Origin: an uncultured Dehalococcoidales bacterium
GTDB lineage: Bacteria > Chloroflexota > Dehalococcoidia > Dehalococcoidales > DAOVUZ01
Direction: 5' to 3'
DNA: 37,818 nt
NCBI GenBank assembly: GCA_964595695.1
Contig: CAZQRE010000001.1
Location: 1-37,818 of the forward strand
Shown here: piece after piece, positions 1 through 8,854 of the stretch
Position numbering within the stretch: the first letter of the stretch is position 1
Layout: each line of letters begins with the position of its first letter
Program-made: the position numbers and the translations under genes
The notes under the pieces: model-generated
Database searches by the model: none
What the model was told of the DNA's origin: nothing
The model's input: only the letters and a program-made list of their open reading frames with translations

Positions 1-131
1 GCCTGGACATGCGTCTGGGTGAAGGCACCGGTGCCGCCCTAGGAATATTTCTGGTTGAGGCTTCAGCCAGGCTGTTGGCTGAGATGTCCACCTTTGCTGA
101 GGCTGAGGTATCAGAGAAGGAAGAGCAGTAA
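1..131 (+). CDS. cobT: C-terminal end of nicotinate-nucleotide--dimethylbenzimidazole phosphoribosyltransferase, truncated at its 5' end by the window edge
   Basis: Frame 3 reads [42 protein letters not shown], ending at TAA 129-131. The MRLGEGTGA segment matches the conserved CobT C-terminus as I recall it. cobS follows 2 nt later. Confidence 0.6.
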   Translation, partial: LDMRLGEGTGAALGIFLVEASARLLAEMSTFAEAEVSEKEEQ

Positions 132-133
132 AG

Positions 134-913
134 TTGGCGTTGCTGGCCGCGATACGGTTTCTAACCGCTATACCATTGCCCTGGGGGCGTGACGCTAGTC
201 GGGAGGAATTTGTCCGCTCCGTAGGTTATTACCCTGTGGTCGGCTTCCTTATTGGTCTAATCCTAGCCGGGCTCAGTTGGCTCTTGAGTCTTGTTTTACC
301 TTCGGCTGTAGTTAACGTGCTGCTGATTATTTACCTGGTGATGATTAGTGGCGCATTGCACCTGGATGGCTTCGTTGATACCTGCGACGGGATAGGTGGT
401 CACAAGACTCCTGAAGAAAGATGGCAGGTAATGCGTGACAGTCGGGTTGGCGGTTTTGGTGTTATCGGCGCCTGTTGCCTGCTGCTGGTTAAATATATCT
501 CACTGAATAGTGTGCCTGAGCCTTTACTGATGTCAACCCTGGTGCTTATGCCGGTAATAAGTCGCTGGGCAATGGTCTATGCTATTTGTGCCTATCCTTC
601 TGCCAGCCCATCAGGTTTAGGGAAGGAGCGTAAGCAGGCTTCTGACTGGACAAGGTTTACTATGGCTACAGTCATAACCCTGACGATAGCTATAGGTCTG
701 GCTCGGCTGGCAAACATAACTTACTTCTATCTGGTAGGACCTGCTATAATACTTGGCATCTGGGTTATAGTGATAGCCATGGGAGCCTATTTTAAGCGTA
801 AGTTTTCTGGTCTTACTGGTGACACCTACGGGGCTATAAATGAGGTGGCTGAGGTCTGCGTGCTAATTATTGTAGTACTGCTGGCTCACAATCAGTGGTT
901 GGGATTAACCTAG
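134..913 (+). CDS. cobS: adenosylcobinamide-GDP ribazoletransferase (cobalamin synthase)
   Basis: 259 aa polytopic membrane ORF with a TTG start. It carries AIRFLTAIPLP near the N-terminus and the HLDGFVDTCDG motif typical of CobS. It sits between cobT and cobC. Confidence 0.85.
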   Translation: MALLAAIRFLTAIPLPWGRDASREEFVRSVGYYPVVGFLIGLILAGLSWLLSLVLPSAVVNVLLIIYLVMISGALHLDGFVDTCDGIGGHKTPEERWQVMRDSRVGGFGVIGACCLLLVKYISLNSVPEPLLMSTLVLMPVISRWAMVYAICAYPSASPSGLGKERKQASDWTRFTMATVITLTIAIGLARLANITYFYLVGPAIILGIWVIVIAMGAYFKRKFSGLTGDTYGAINEVAEVCVLIIVVLLAHNQWLGLT

Positions 914-926
914 TTCGGAGGTATAA

Positions 927-1532
927 TTGTCTAAACTACTTCTGGTGAGACATGGTGATACTGAAGAGGGCAGTGGTTTAAGGTACTGGGGACAGAGTGA
1001 TATTAAGCTGAGCGCCGTCGGACTCAGGCAGGCTGAGAGCTTGCGCAACCGACTGGCAACACAGAAGATTGATGCTATCTATACCAGTAACCTGAAGCGG
1101 GCTTCAGTAACGGCTAAGACTATCGCCTCCAGGCACCAGTTGGATGTTATAACCTGTGCCGAGCTGAACGAGGTTAACTTCGGCAAGATTGAGGGGCTGA
1201 CATTTGACGAGGTTAGCCAGCTTTATCCTGAGGTGGCTAAATTGTGGGTTAGCCGGAGTCTCTGTCTTTCCTTTCCCGATGGCGAAAACTTTGATGAGTT
1301 TAATAACCGGGTAAGCAAATTCTTAAGCCGACTGGAGAAACATACTCCAGAGGAAGCAATACTTATTGTGGCTCACGCCGGACCGCTGCGACTACTGGTA
1401 TGCCATATTCTAGGCTTAGAGTTACGGCACTGGCGGCAGTTTCGTCTTGATTTCGCTTCGCTTAGTATACTGGAAACCTATTCCCGGGGGGCAATACTGA
1501 GCTTATTGAACGATGTTTCCCATTTAACATAG
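927..1532 (+). CDS. cobC: histidine-phosphatase family protein, probably alpha-ribazole phosphatase
   Basis: RHG motif (LLLVRHGDTE) and a second His motif (VAHAGPLR). The specific function is inferred from its position in the cobTSCU block. Confidence 0.7.
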   Translation: MSKLLLVRHGDTEEGSGLRYWGQSDIKLSAVGLRQAESLRNRLATQKIDAIYTSNLKRASVTAKTIASRHQLDVITCAELNEVNFGKIEGLTFDEVSQLYPEVAKLWVSRSLCLSFPDGENFDEFNNRVSKFLSRLEKHTPEEAILIVAHAGPLRLLVCHILGLELRHWRQFRLDFASLSILETYSRGAILSLLNDVSHLT

Positions 1533-1545
1533 AAAGGTCAATACT

Positions 1546-2271
1546 ATGGGGAGTAAGGTGAGTAATATGAATCAGGTTTTTACCTCGTGGAGCGGGGGCA
1601 AAGATAGCTGCTTTGCCTGTTACCGAGCAACTATCAACGGTCTAAAAGTTCGTTACTTGGCAAATATGATAACTGATGACGGTAAGCGGTCATGGAGTCA
1701 CGGGCAATCTCCCGAATTACTACAGGTGCAGTCACAGGCTATCGGCATTCCGCTGGTTCAGCGGCGGACTACTAGAGACAACTATGAAGCCGAGTTTAAA
1801 AATATGCTCCGTGCCTTCAAGCAGGAGGGGGTTGACGGTGGTGTCTTTGGCGATATTGACTTTAATGAACACCGAAAATGGATTGACAGAGTATGCCAGG
1901 AAGTAGATATTACCCCCCATTTACCCTTATGGGGAGAGAGCCAAGAAAAAATACTGAGAGACTTCATAAACTTGGGGTTTGAGACAATTATAGTTGTGAC
2001 CAAGTCAGACCTGTTTGGCGAAGAATGGTTAGGGCGGAAGGTTGACCTGGATTTTCTTAAGCATTTAGATAAACTAAGGGAGACAAAGGAGATTACACCC
2101 TGTGGTGAAGCTGGGGAGTATCATACCTTTGTTACTGATGGTCCTTTATTTAAGCAACGGGTAGAAATCCTGGAAACGAGGAGGGTCTTTAGAGACGAAC
2201 ACTGGTTTCTAGAGATTTTGGACACAGACTTGAGAGCTAAGGGAAAAGGGGAAGGGGATAGGGTTACCTAA
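1546..2271 (+). CDS. PP-loop ATP pyrophosphatase of the MJ0570/Dph6-like family
   Basis: SGGKDS PP-loop (SWSGGKDSCFA) and GEAGEYHTFV motif. The ATG at 1567 is the better start because AAGGTGAG precedes it. Confidence 0.6.
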   Translation: MGSKVSNMNQVFTSWSGGKDSCFACYRATINGLKVRYLANMITDDGKRSWSHGQSPELLQVQSQAIGIPLVQRRTTRDNYEAEFKNMLRAFKQEGVDGGVFGDIDFNEHRKWIDRVCQEVDITPHLPLWGESQEKILRDFINLGFETIIVVTKSDLFGEEWLGRKVDLDFLKHLDKLRETKEITPCGEAGEYHTFVTDGPLFKQRVEILETRRVFRDEHWFLEILDTDLRAKGKGEGDRVT

Positions 2272-2286
2272 TAAAAACCAAAAGGG

Positions 2287-2859
2287 GTGAAGTTGAAAAA
2301 CATTCTAATAATTGGTGGCGCCCGCAGTGGCAAAAGCCATTTTGCCCAGCAGCTTGCCCTGAAGTCAGGCCAATCAGTGCTCTTTGTAGCTACCGCTGAG
2401 GCTGGTGATGAAGAAATGCGACAGCGCATTGAGCAGCACCAGAAGGCAAGGCCAGCAGCTTGGAGCACCCTTGAAGCTACTACACATATAGGAAGCCAGA
2501 TTACCCAGAGACTCAGTGGGGCTAAGGTGGTGATTGTGGATTGCATCACCCTTCTGGTTAATAACATTTTTGGTCAATATAGCCACCAGACTGGTGAGCA
2601 AATTGATGCCCCCCTTATTGAGAAAAACATTACTGCTGAGATTAATGAACTGATAGAGTGTATTGACCAGGTTGATGCCAGCTTCATTATCGTTACCAAT
2701 GAGGTTGGTCTGGGCTTGGTGCCAGCTAATACCGTGGGCAGGCTTTATCGCGATTTGCTGGGCAGGGCAAACCAGCTCCTGGCACAGCGGGCTGATGAGA
2801 TTTACCTGATGGTCGCTGGCTTACCGCTGCTGATAAAACCAGCCAAGTCCAATCTCTAA
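2287..2859 (+). CDS. cobU: adenosylcobinamide kinase / adenosylcobinamide-phosphate guanylyltransferase
   Basis: 190 aa with N-terminal P-loop IIGGARSGKS. Size and context fit CobU. Confidence 0.85.
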   Translation: MKLKNILIIGGARSGKSHFAQQLALKSGQSVLFVATAEAGDEEMRQRIEQHQKARPAAWSTLEATTHIGSQITQRLSGAKVVIVDCITLLVNNIFGQYSHQTGEQIDAPLIEKNITAEINELIECIDQVDASFIIVTNEVGLGLVPANTVGRLYRDLLGRANQLLAQRADEIYLMVAGLPLLIKPAKSNL

Positions 2860-2948
2860 CCTCTTTCAGACAACAGGGCGAAGTCCCACCGGAACATGAA
2901 TATCTCCGTTAGGACTTCGTCCTATAAGTAGCATAGTTTTGATTAACT

Positions 2949-3953
2949 TTAATGATGCTTGGCGACATCCACCATAGCCAGAAGGTTTTCCGTGGGTGTA
3001 CCAGGGGCTACAGCGCAACCCGGAGCCAACATCTGGATACCCAGCCCTATAGACTTTTCGGCTTCCGCCCTTACCGTTTCTGCATCTTGCATAAACAGTG
3101 TATTCTTCACATCCACTCCGCCCATAAGTATCATATCCGGTCCACATTTTTCCCTGGCTAACTTGACATCAGCATCAGGTTCTATACTCAAGATGTCAGC
3201 ACCGGTCTGCCCCATCCACTCTACAATAGCATCCACCTTACCGCAGATATGGAGTATCTTGGGGACGCTTATGGCGGCGAACTGCCTTTTTTGGGGTTCA
3301 AGCTCCAACTCTCTGTAACTCTTGGGTATTATAAGGTCGGGAGAAGCAGTCATATCCTCATTGACGATGATGTCGGCGCCGGCATCAATAAGGGCGTTGG
3401 CCAACATGGTTCCCGCCTTTTCGCATACTTCCAAGAAGGGGGGAATCTTATCCGGTTGCTTAAAGCTAGCTTTCAGTATTACTGTCGTGTCTAAGAGAGA
3501 ACCGGCAATGGTCCAGGGACCGATAATCCCGGCGACGATGGCTACCTCATCCCCCACTTCCTTCTTGATGATTCTGACTGCCTTGAGCAGTTCCGGTATC
3601 CTACCTCGTGACAGAAAGTCATCGGGAAACACCGGCGTATCATCTAGGGTATAGGCGGTTGGTGGATGGTCAATGCCAGGGATGCCCTTGGTTTTGCCCG
3701 ACTTTACCTTACAACCAAGAGCCTCAGCCTCAAAGGTCTGGCAGAATGGAACCCTTACCGCATCGAAGCCGAGAATGGTATAGGCCGCCAGCGCCTGCTT
3801 GGCCATCAGTTCCCCTTTTTCATGCGCCTCAGGCCAAAAGGCCTGAACCTTTTCCATCTGTTCGTAGGTTACAGTAGAATTGGCACCAAAGCAGGGCATT
3901 CTATCAGGCTTTTGATGATTCAGTACTGCAAATATACGTTCTTTACCTGTCAC
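2949..3953 (-). CDS. MtaA/MtbA-like methylcobamide methyltransferase (uroporphyrinogen decarboxylase family)
   Basis: 334 aa with a GTG start after AAGGAAGGAGG. It has the HxCG zinc-ligand motif (ILHICGKV) and URO-D-family architecture, and is paralogous to 5546-6613 and 6800-7879. Confidence 0.75.
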   Translation of the reverse strand: MTGKERIFAVLNHQKPDRMPCFGANSTVTYEQMEKVQAFWPEAHEKGELMAKQALAAYTILGFDAVRVPFCQTFEAEALGCKVKSGKTKGIPGIDHPPTAYTLDDTPVFPDDFLSRGRIPELLKAVRIIKKEVGDEVAIVAGIIGPWTIAGSLLDTTVILKASFKQPDKIPPFLEVCEKAGTMLANALIDAGADIIVNEDMTASPDLIIPKSYRELELEPQKRQFAAISVPKILHICGKVDAIVEWMGQTGADILSIEPDADVKLAREKCGPDMILMGGVDVKNTLFMQDAETVRAEAEKSIGLGIQMLAPGCAVAPGTPTENLLAMVDVAKHH

Positions 3954-4069
3954 TTTAGTCCTCCTTCCTTAAAACTAAACATTTTCTAACTCTGGCTCTG
4001 ACTTCAACACAAGTCTCAGAAATCGCACCGCCAAGCTTCATCAGAATCCATTACATTTAGTTGTCTTTT

Positions 4070-4098
4070 ATTTTGCTTTGCCATCTGGAATTTGTCAA
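4070..4098 (-). promoter_or_regulatory. sigma70-type promoter for the 2949-3953 gene
   Basis: Minus strand reads TTGACA (4098-4093), a 17 nt spacer, then CAAAAT (4075-4070), about 115 nt upstream of the GTG start. Confidence 0.4.
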
Positions 4099-4121
4099 GT
4101 AATTGTCGTCTCCAGGTAATA

Positions 4122-4179
4122 TCCAAAAGTTGCTTATTTTTCTCCTCACCTCCTTAAGAAAGATTGCACTTCCACCCCC
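4122..4179 (-). repeat. conserved ~58 nt promoter-upstream module, copy 1
   Basis: Minus strand GGGGGTGGAAGTGCAATCTTTCTTAAGGAGGTGAGGAGAAAAATAAGCAACTTTTGGA. It is near-identical to 11816-11873 and starts 81 nt from the -35 box (82 nt in copy 2). Confidence 0.7.
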
Positions 4180-4271
4180 TTCTCAAGTGAACAGCTACCG
4201 CTTTCTGGTTGGCTTCGGAAGGATATAAACAGCGTCCATATCACACTCCCCGGTCTTGAGCCTACTGCTGG

Positions 4272-4805
4272 CTAAAATTCGATTCCTGGCTGTGCCTTAA
4301 TGCCCTTGCGAAGGGGATGCTTTACTTCCCGCATCTCAGTCACCACATCGGCAAAATCAATGCATTCTTGGGGGACATTCCGCCCGGTAATAATTACATG
4401 GATTCCCTTTGGGCGATGCCTCAACACATCAAGCACTTCTTCCACAGATAGCCAACCATATCGAAGGGGATAGCTGAGTTCATCTAGAATCACTATATCA
4501 TGAGACCCGGAGATGATTCTCTCCCTTGCCAAGTCCCATAGCTTGATGGCTTGGCACTTGCTTCTCTGGGTAGATTTGTCTTGCCGAGGAAAATCGGCTC
4601 GTAATATCTCAACTCCCATCTGCTGGGCTGCCCTGTGCTCACCCCAGTCGCTCCCCGAACTTTTTATGAACTGGAACATGACCACCTTCATCTCCCAGCC
4701 CCAAGCCCTGAGAAGCACGCCCAGGGCTGCTGTAGTCTTACCCTTCCCCTTGCCGGTATTGACAATCACCAGACCAGTGGTCTCTTTTATCACCTTTGGC
4801 ACCAT
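4272..4805 (-). CDS. cobO: cob(I)yrinic acid a,c-diamide / cob(I)alamin adenosyltransferase (CobA/CobO/BtuR type)
   Basis: 177 aa with the P-loop-like NTGKGKGKTTAALG motif characteristic of CobA/CobO. Confidence 0.85.
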   Translation of the reverse strand: MVPKVIKETTGLVIVNTGKGKGKTTAALGVLLRAWGWEMKVVMFQFIKSSGSDWGEHRAAQQMGVEILRADFPRQDKSTQRSKCQAIKLWDLARERIISGSHDIVILDELSYPLRYGWLSVEEVLDVLRHRPKGIHVIITGRNVPQECIDFADVVTEMREVKHPLRKGIKAQPGIEF

Positions 4806-4849
4806 CTACCTTAGCCTCTGCCTCCTTGCCCTAGTGATGTGTACCTAGG

Positions 4850-5482
4850 TCAGTCTACAAGGACCAGGCCTACCCAGCTCCTGCCTTCATCCCGGCCGAA
4901 GCTCAGGTACAGTCCCACCTTTTGAACGGTAGCCACCACATCTATGCCCATAGCCTCCATTGCTGGTCTTGCTTTGAGAGGGTGACGACAAGGTAATCCA
5001 GAGCTGATGCCAACGCATTCCTTACATAAGCAGCAAGTACCCCCTAGAAGGCCAGCGGCGAAACGGTATCCTGCGGCAAAACAGAGAGCTTCTACACGGT
5101 TAACCACCTCGTGAAGCTTCTTCTGGGCGTTATCGACGATAGCCATGTCCTCCGCCGTGGGTACTCCCGGCGGCTCTTCCTTTTCCTCTCCACTGCCCCC
5201 AGACAGGCCACTCAATGGAATAACTACCTTTATCAGGATAGCGCTGTGATAGCAGCTAAGTATCTCCTTGAATTTCGACATCGGCGGTAGGTTAGGGGGA
5301 CACATCAGGTTTACGCCATAGTCAGGGCAGACAGGCACCAAACACTTTAGCCCCGTCCTCTCATCCAGTACTATGTCGTCGACTGGCAATGCCACCGCTT
5401 GGGATGCTCCCAGGGCTTCTGCCTTCTGGCATAGGGATGCTATGAAAGAGCCAAGATTCCCTTGTGATATACCAGTTGCCAT
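4850..5482 (-). CDS. Cys-rich metal-binding protein, DUF2284-like
   Basis: 210 aa with Cys motifs (CLVPVCPDYGVNLMCPP, CCLCKEC). I recall this pattern for DUF2284 proteins found next to corrinoid methyltransferases. Confidence 0.5.
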   Translation of the reverse strand: MATGISQGNLGSFIASLCQKAEALGASQAVALPVDDIVLDERTGLKCLVPVCPDYGVNLMCPPNLPPMSKFKEILSCYHSAILIKVVIPLSGLSGGSGEEKEEPPGVPTAEDMAIVDNAQKKLHEVVNRVEALCFAAGYRFAAGLLGGTCCLCKECVGISSGLPCRHPLKARPAMEAMGIDVVATVQKVGLYLSFGRDEGRSWVGLVLVD

Positions 5483-5545
5483 ACGAACTCCATATGGCTA
5501 AGAGTGTTAGCCGCAGCTACAATTGTCAGCAAACCTCAGCGACTA

Positions 5546-6613
5546 TCACCCCAGCTTTCCATATTTTATCGTCGCTGCCACCAGTGCCTCCATGTTCTCT
5601 TTGGGTACAGTTGGCCAGAGGTCACACCCCGGCCATACCGCATTGACACCCTCGGCGATAGCCTGCTTTACGGCGCTGTCAACATCCTCAGGTTTTCCTC
5701 CCACCATCAGGTTGGAAGTGTCAATATTTCCAAAGATGAGCACATCAGGTCCCACCTTCTTCCGAGATTCGGCTATATGGTTCTTTTGCTCTACACTGAT
5801 GGCATCAGCCCCACAGATGGCCATCTGGTCAACAATGCCATCTGTATCACCACACATATGCAGGACCTTGGGCGACGGTATAGCGGCAATGATTCGTTCC
5901 AGATGAGGCCGGACTACACTTCCAAACATGCGCGGGCTTAATATGTCCCCGCCGGCTGCCATTTCATGGATAGTTATATAATCAGCGCCGGCTTCTTTAT
6001 AAATCCTGGCGGTCTCGATTTCAACCTCATCCAGAATGTCCAGCAACTTACGGACTACGTCTGGCTTCTTAAATGCCATCTTGGCCATGTATCCTGGGTC
6101 AGTGACCTGTCCGGCTAAGGTATAGGGTCCTAGAATTATGGCTCCTACTACTACTTGCTCGCCTACCTCCTCTTTGAGGAGGCGAATCGCTTCTGTCACT
6201 ACAGGTATCCTTCCCGCCTTGGCTAAATCCGAGGGGATATTGATATTCACATCCTCTATATGCTCGGCTAGATTCTTTTTTATGGTGGGATAGATAACAT
6301 CTTCATAATGAGGGTAGAAATTAACCTCGCAGCCCAAGGTTTCGGGTTCAATCCCAAAATCAAAGGGAACTGTGGCACACTCAAAGCCATACAACTGGAA
6401 TGTGGCTGCAGCCGCACTCGCCATTTTGCGTGCGTCCATATGAACATCCACGAATCTACAGCCACATTTCTTAAGTCCATCTACTGTTATGTTCCCCAGA
6501 CCACTAAAAACAGGAATGCGGTCTATTTCGTCCCCCCTAAAAAGTCTGAGTACCCGTTCTCTAGAATTGAGTTCCGTGTTCATACTATTCCTTTCCTGCA
6601 TACTGTATTTCAA
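5546..6613 (-). CDS. MtaA/CmuA-like methyltransferase (URO-D family), paralogue 1
   Basis: HMCGDT zinc motif. The N-terminus MNTELNSRERVLR aligns with MATELNSRERVLR of the neighbouring paralogue. The likely true start is ATG 6583, preceded by AGGAAAGGA. Confidence 0.75.
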   Translation of the reverse strand: MKYSMQERNSMNTELNSRERVLRLFRGDEIDRIPVFSGLGNITVDGLKKCGCRFVDVHMDARKMASAAAATFQLYGFECATVPFDFGIEPETLGCEVNFYPHYEDVIYPTIKKNLAEHIEDVNINIPSDLAKAGRIPVVTEAIRLLKEEVGEQVVVGAIILGPYTLAGQVTDPGYMAKMAFKKPDVVRKLLDILDEVEIETARIYKEAGADYITIHEMAAGGDILSPRMFGSVVRPHLERIIAAIPSPKVLHMCGDTDGIVDQMAICGADAISVEQKNHIAESRKKVGPDVLIFGNIDTSNLMVGGKPEDVDSAVKQAIAEGVNAVWPGCDLWPTVPKENMEALVAATIKYGKLG

Positions 6614-6639
6614 ACATGCGGTTCAGCATATCTGAGAGC

Positions 6640-6799
6640 AATATGGTTAAACCACTGCTGGCAAATTTTACCAGCTATCACTCAAGCTTTCCATGCTTTC
6701 TCGCCGCTGCCGCCACTGCCTCTATGTTCTCCTTGGACACAGTCATCAGATATTACACCCCAGCCATAACGGCATTGACACCCTCGGCGATAGCTGTCT
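6640..6799 (-). pseudogene. relic of the 3' end of an MtaA-like gene
   Basis: Minus-strand translation is QVKTAIAEGVNAVMAGV*YLMTVSKENIEAVAAAARKHGKLE*. This parallels the C-terminus VKQAIAEGVNAVWPGCDLWPTVPKENMEALVAATIKYGKLG of the 5546-6613 gene. DNA homology continues past the stop codon; compare 5510-5670. Confidence 0.6.
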
Positions 6800-7879
6800 T
6801 CACTTGGCCCAGATAGTCCCCGCGACTGGGTTCTCAGGGTCGCTGTATTTCTTGGTAGCTTCCACCATCGCTTTTATGTTCTTCACCGGCGCCTCTGGCC
6901 AAATATCACAGGCGGGCCATACCGCATCAACACCTTCCTCAATAGCTGTCTTCACTTTCTGGTCAATCTCTTCAGGTGTTGACATCGCCAGCAATTGGTA
7001 AACATCCAAGTTCCCCATGAGGCGTACACCACTCCCCTTCATTGTTTCCCTTGATTGGCGTATATGATTCTTCTGCTCTACGGAGATAAAATCAGCCCCG
7101 GTTTTAATCATATATATCATGTCGTCATCTGTGTCGCCACAGGTATGCAGAATCCTCGGGTGGTCTATCTGGGAGAACAAGTCCTGCAAATGAGGCAATA
7201 TCAGGTCCTCATACATTTTCGGGCTTAGCAGGTCGGTAGCACATGTCATCTCACGAATACATACATAGTCGGCACCAGCCTCTCTGAAAAGCTTAACCTC
7301 CTGAACAATGTAGTCACTCAGAATCTTCAGTAGCTTGTGCACCAGGTCTCTATTCTTCAGTACATTCTTAGATAGGTCAACAACAGTATCTACTGCCCCA
7401 GCCACGCCGTAGGGGCCCAGAGTGTAAGCACCGACTGCTACCTGGCCGCCTACCTCCTTTTTCAAAAGGCGAATCGCCTCAGCCACTACAGGTATCCTTC
7501 CCGCCCCAGATGGCTTTTTCTTCTTTAGCGCCTCAAGGTCTAGGTCCACCAGCTTCTCCGCCAATTCATGCTTCATAGTGGGGTAGATGATTCTTTCTTT
7601 CTTCGCCTCGTAAAACTCAGCTACGGAGCCTAATGATTCAGCCTCCAGGTGGTAATCATAGGGAACTACGGCACACTCCAACCCAGTGGCTGGGTATGTG
7701 GCCGCTGACGCCATTGCCATTTTATAAGCGTCTCGGTGCAGGTCTCCAAAATGCCAGCCAAGGCGCTCTACCTCTTCTACCAGTACATTCCCCATACCAG
7801 TGAAACAGGGGATGCGGTCTACCTTTTCCTTCCCGAGAAACCGAAGCACCCGTTCTCTAGAATTGAGTTCTGTTGCCAT
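6800..7879 (-). CDS. MtaA/CmuA-like methyltransferase (URO-D family), paralogue 2
   Basis: 359 aa with the HTCGDT motif, starting 2 nt after the stop of the MtrH-like gene. Confidence 0.75.
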   Translation of the reverse strand: MATELNSRERVLRFLGKEKVDRIPCFTGMGNVLVEEVERLGWHFGDLHRDAYKMAMASAATYPATGLECAVVPYDYHLEAESLGSVAEFYEAKKERIIYPTMKHELAEKLVDLDLEALKKKKPSGAGRIPVVAEAIRLLKKEVGGQVAVGAYTLGPYGVAGAVDTVVDLSKNVLKNRDLVHKLLKILSDYIVQEVKLFREAGADYVCIREMTCATDLLSPKMYEDLILPHLQDLFSQIDHPRILHTCGDTDDDMIYMIKTGADFISVEQKNHIRQSRETMKGSGVRLMGNLDVYQLLAMSTPEEIDQKVKTAIEEGVDAVWPACDIWPEAPVKNIKAMVEATKKYSDPENPVAGTIWAK

Positions 7880-7881
7880 TA

Positions 7882-8838
7882 TTATTTTTCCCCCTCCTTT
7901 CCTAATAATTGCTCTACTACCTTAGGGAAGAGCCGGTGCAAGGGGTGAGCCTCACTGGGTAAGGGGGCGCCCTCGGCATAAGCCAAGGTAGCTAGCAGGG
8001 TGGAAGCCGCAGCCACCGCCGCAAACACCCGGCTGGTGCCGGTCAGGGGGCCATAAAAAATAAAGTCGCTTCCTATAGCAGTTATCGCCTCAATAGCCGC
8101 ATCCACAGCCGGGAACTTGCTTGCACCCTCCTCACCCACAGCCTTCTTCCACATATAGGTACCGTTAGACGGAGCACAGCCCACTGGTAACCCAAATTTC
8201 TGCTTGATAAGACGATTGGCTACCAAGGAGAAGGCGGTAAGCGGTAAGCCCATGACCGATGTATCCACCAGAATGCTCTCGAAATTCCCCTTCTCCACCA
8301 GGGGCAGCATCTTCTGGAGCGACTTGACCCTTCCATTGGGTCCCTTGTCCTCCATATCGAAGGCCTGTATTACGATGTGCTTTATACCCAGCTCCTTGAG
8401 TTCCGCTACCTGCTCCTCAATGTCCGCATCCCAGGGGGTGATGCTGTTGTAAAGCAAGCGGTCCTGAAGTCCCAGCTCAGCTATATAGCGGGCTGCAGCC
8501 ACTCTTGTCTTCTGTACCCAGATATCAATGGCAAAGGGCATGTCGGTCACACCGGTGAAAAAATCCACATAGGTTTTTATCTCATCTAGTGCGTTAGCGA
8601 CCAAGCCTACCATTCCGGGCACACCTGTCTCTTGAGTGACACGTTCCAGCTCACGGATTCGTTCTTCGGCACCACTTTTGTTAAACTTGCGCTCCTTTCG
8701 GCTCTCCAGCAGCACGTCCCCTTTCTGGAACATATTGCCGATTAGGAGCGGGGCATTCTCCCCCGGTTGCCCACCCACTTTGATGCCACCAATGTTGAAA
8801 ACCTTCTGTTCCAAGTCAAATTTAAGCATCACCAACAT
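7882..8838 (-). CDS. MtrH-family methyltransferase (methylcorrinoid:tetrahydropterin/THF type)
   Basis: N-terminus MLKFDLEQKVFNIGGIKVGGQPGE and the overall sequence resemble MtrH. ATG 8829 has better Shine-Dalgarno spacing than 8838. Confidence 0.75.
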   Translation of the reverse strand: MLVMLKFDLEQKVFNIGGIKVGGQPGENAPLLIGNMFQKGDVLLESRKERKFNKSGAEERIRELERVTQETGVPGMVGLVANALDEIKTYVDFFTGVTDMPFAIDIWVQKTRVAAARYIAELGLQDRLLYNSITPWDADIEEQVAELKELGIKHIVIQAFDMEDKGPNGRVKSLQKMLPLVEKGNFESILVDTSVMGLPLTAFSLVANRLIKQKFGLPVGCAPSNGTYMWKKAVGEEGASKFPAVDAAIEAITAIGSDFIFYGPLTGTSRVFAAVAAASTLLATLAYAEGAPLPSEAHPLHRLFPKVVEQLLGKEGEK

Positions 8839-8854
8839 ACCTCCTTTCTGGAGC

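Noticed and set aside
4141-4180. CACCTCCTTA in the conserved module as a 16S rRNA 3' end, or its reverse (AAGGAGGTGA) as the ribosome-binding site of a small ORF
   Set aside because: There is no flanking rRNA-like sequence. On the minus strand no ATG, GTG or TTG lies at a sensible distance after the Shine-Dalgarno-like box in either copy. It is treated as a DNA-level regulatory module.
3954-4271. Cobalamin riboswitch in the leaders of the methyltransferase genes (also 11880-12210 and 12690-12968)
   Set aside because: I looked for the B12-box and conserved core segments (AGGGAA...GGTG...GCCACTG). Only isolated AGGGAA-like fragments were found, with no recognisable B12 box. An Infernal scan would settle it.
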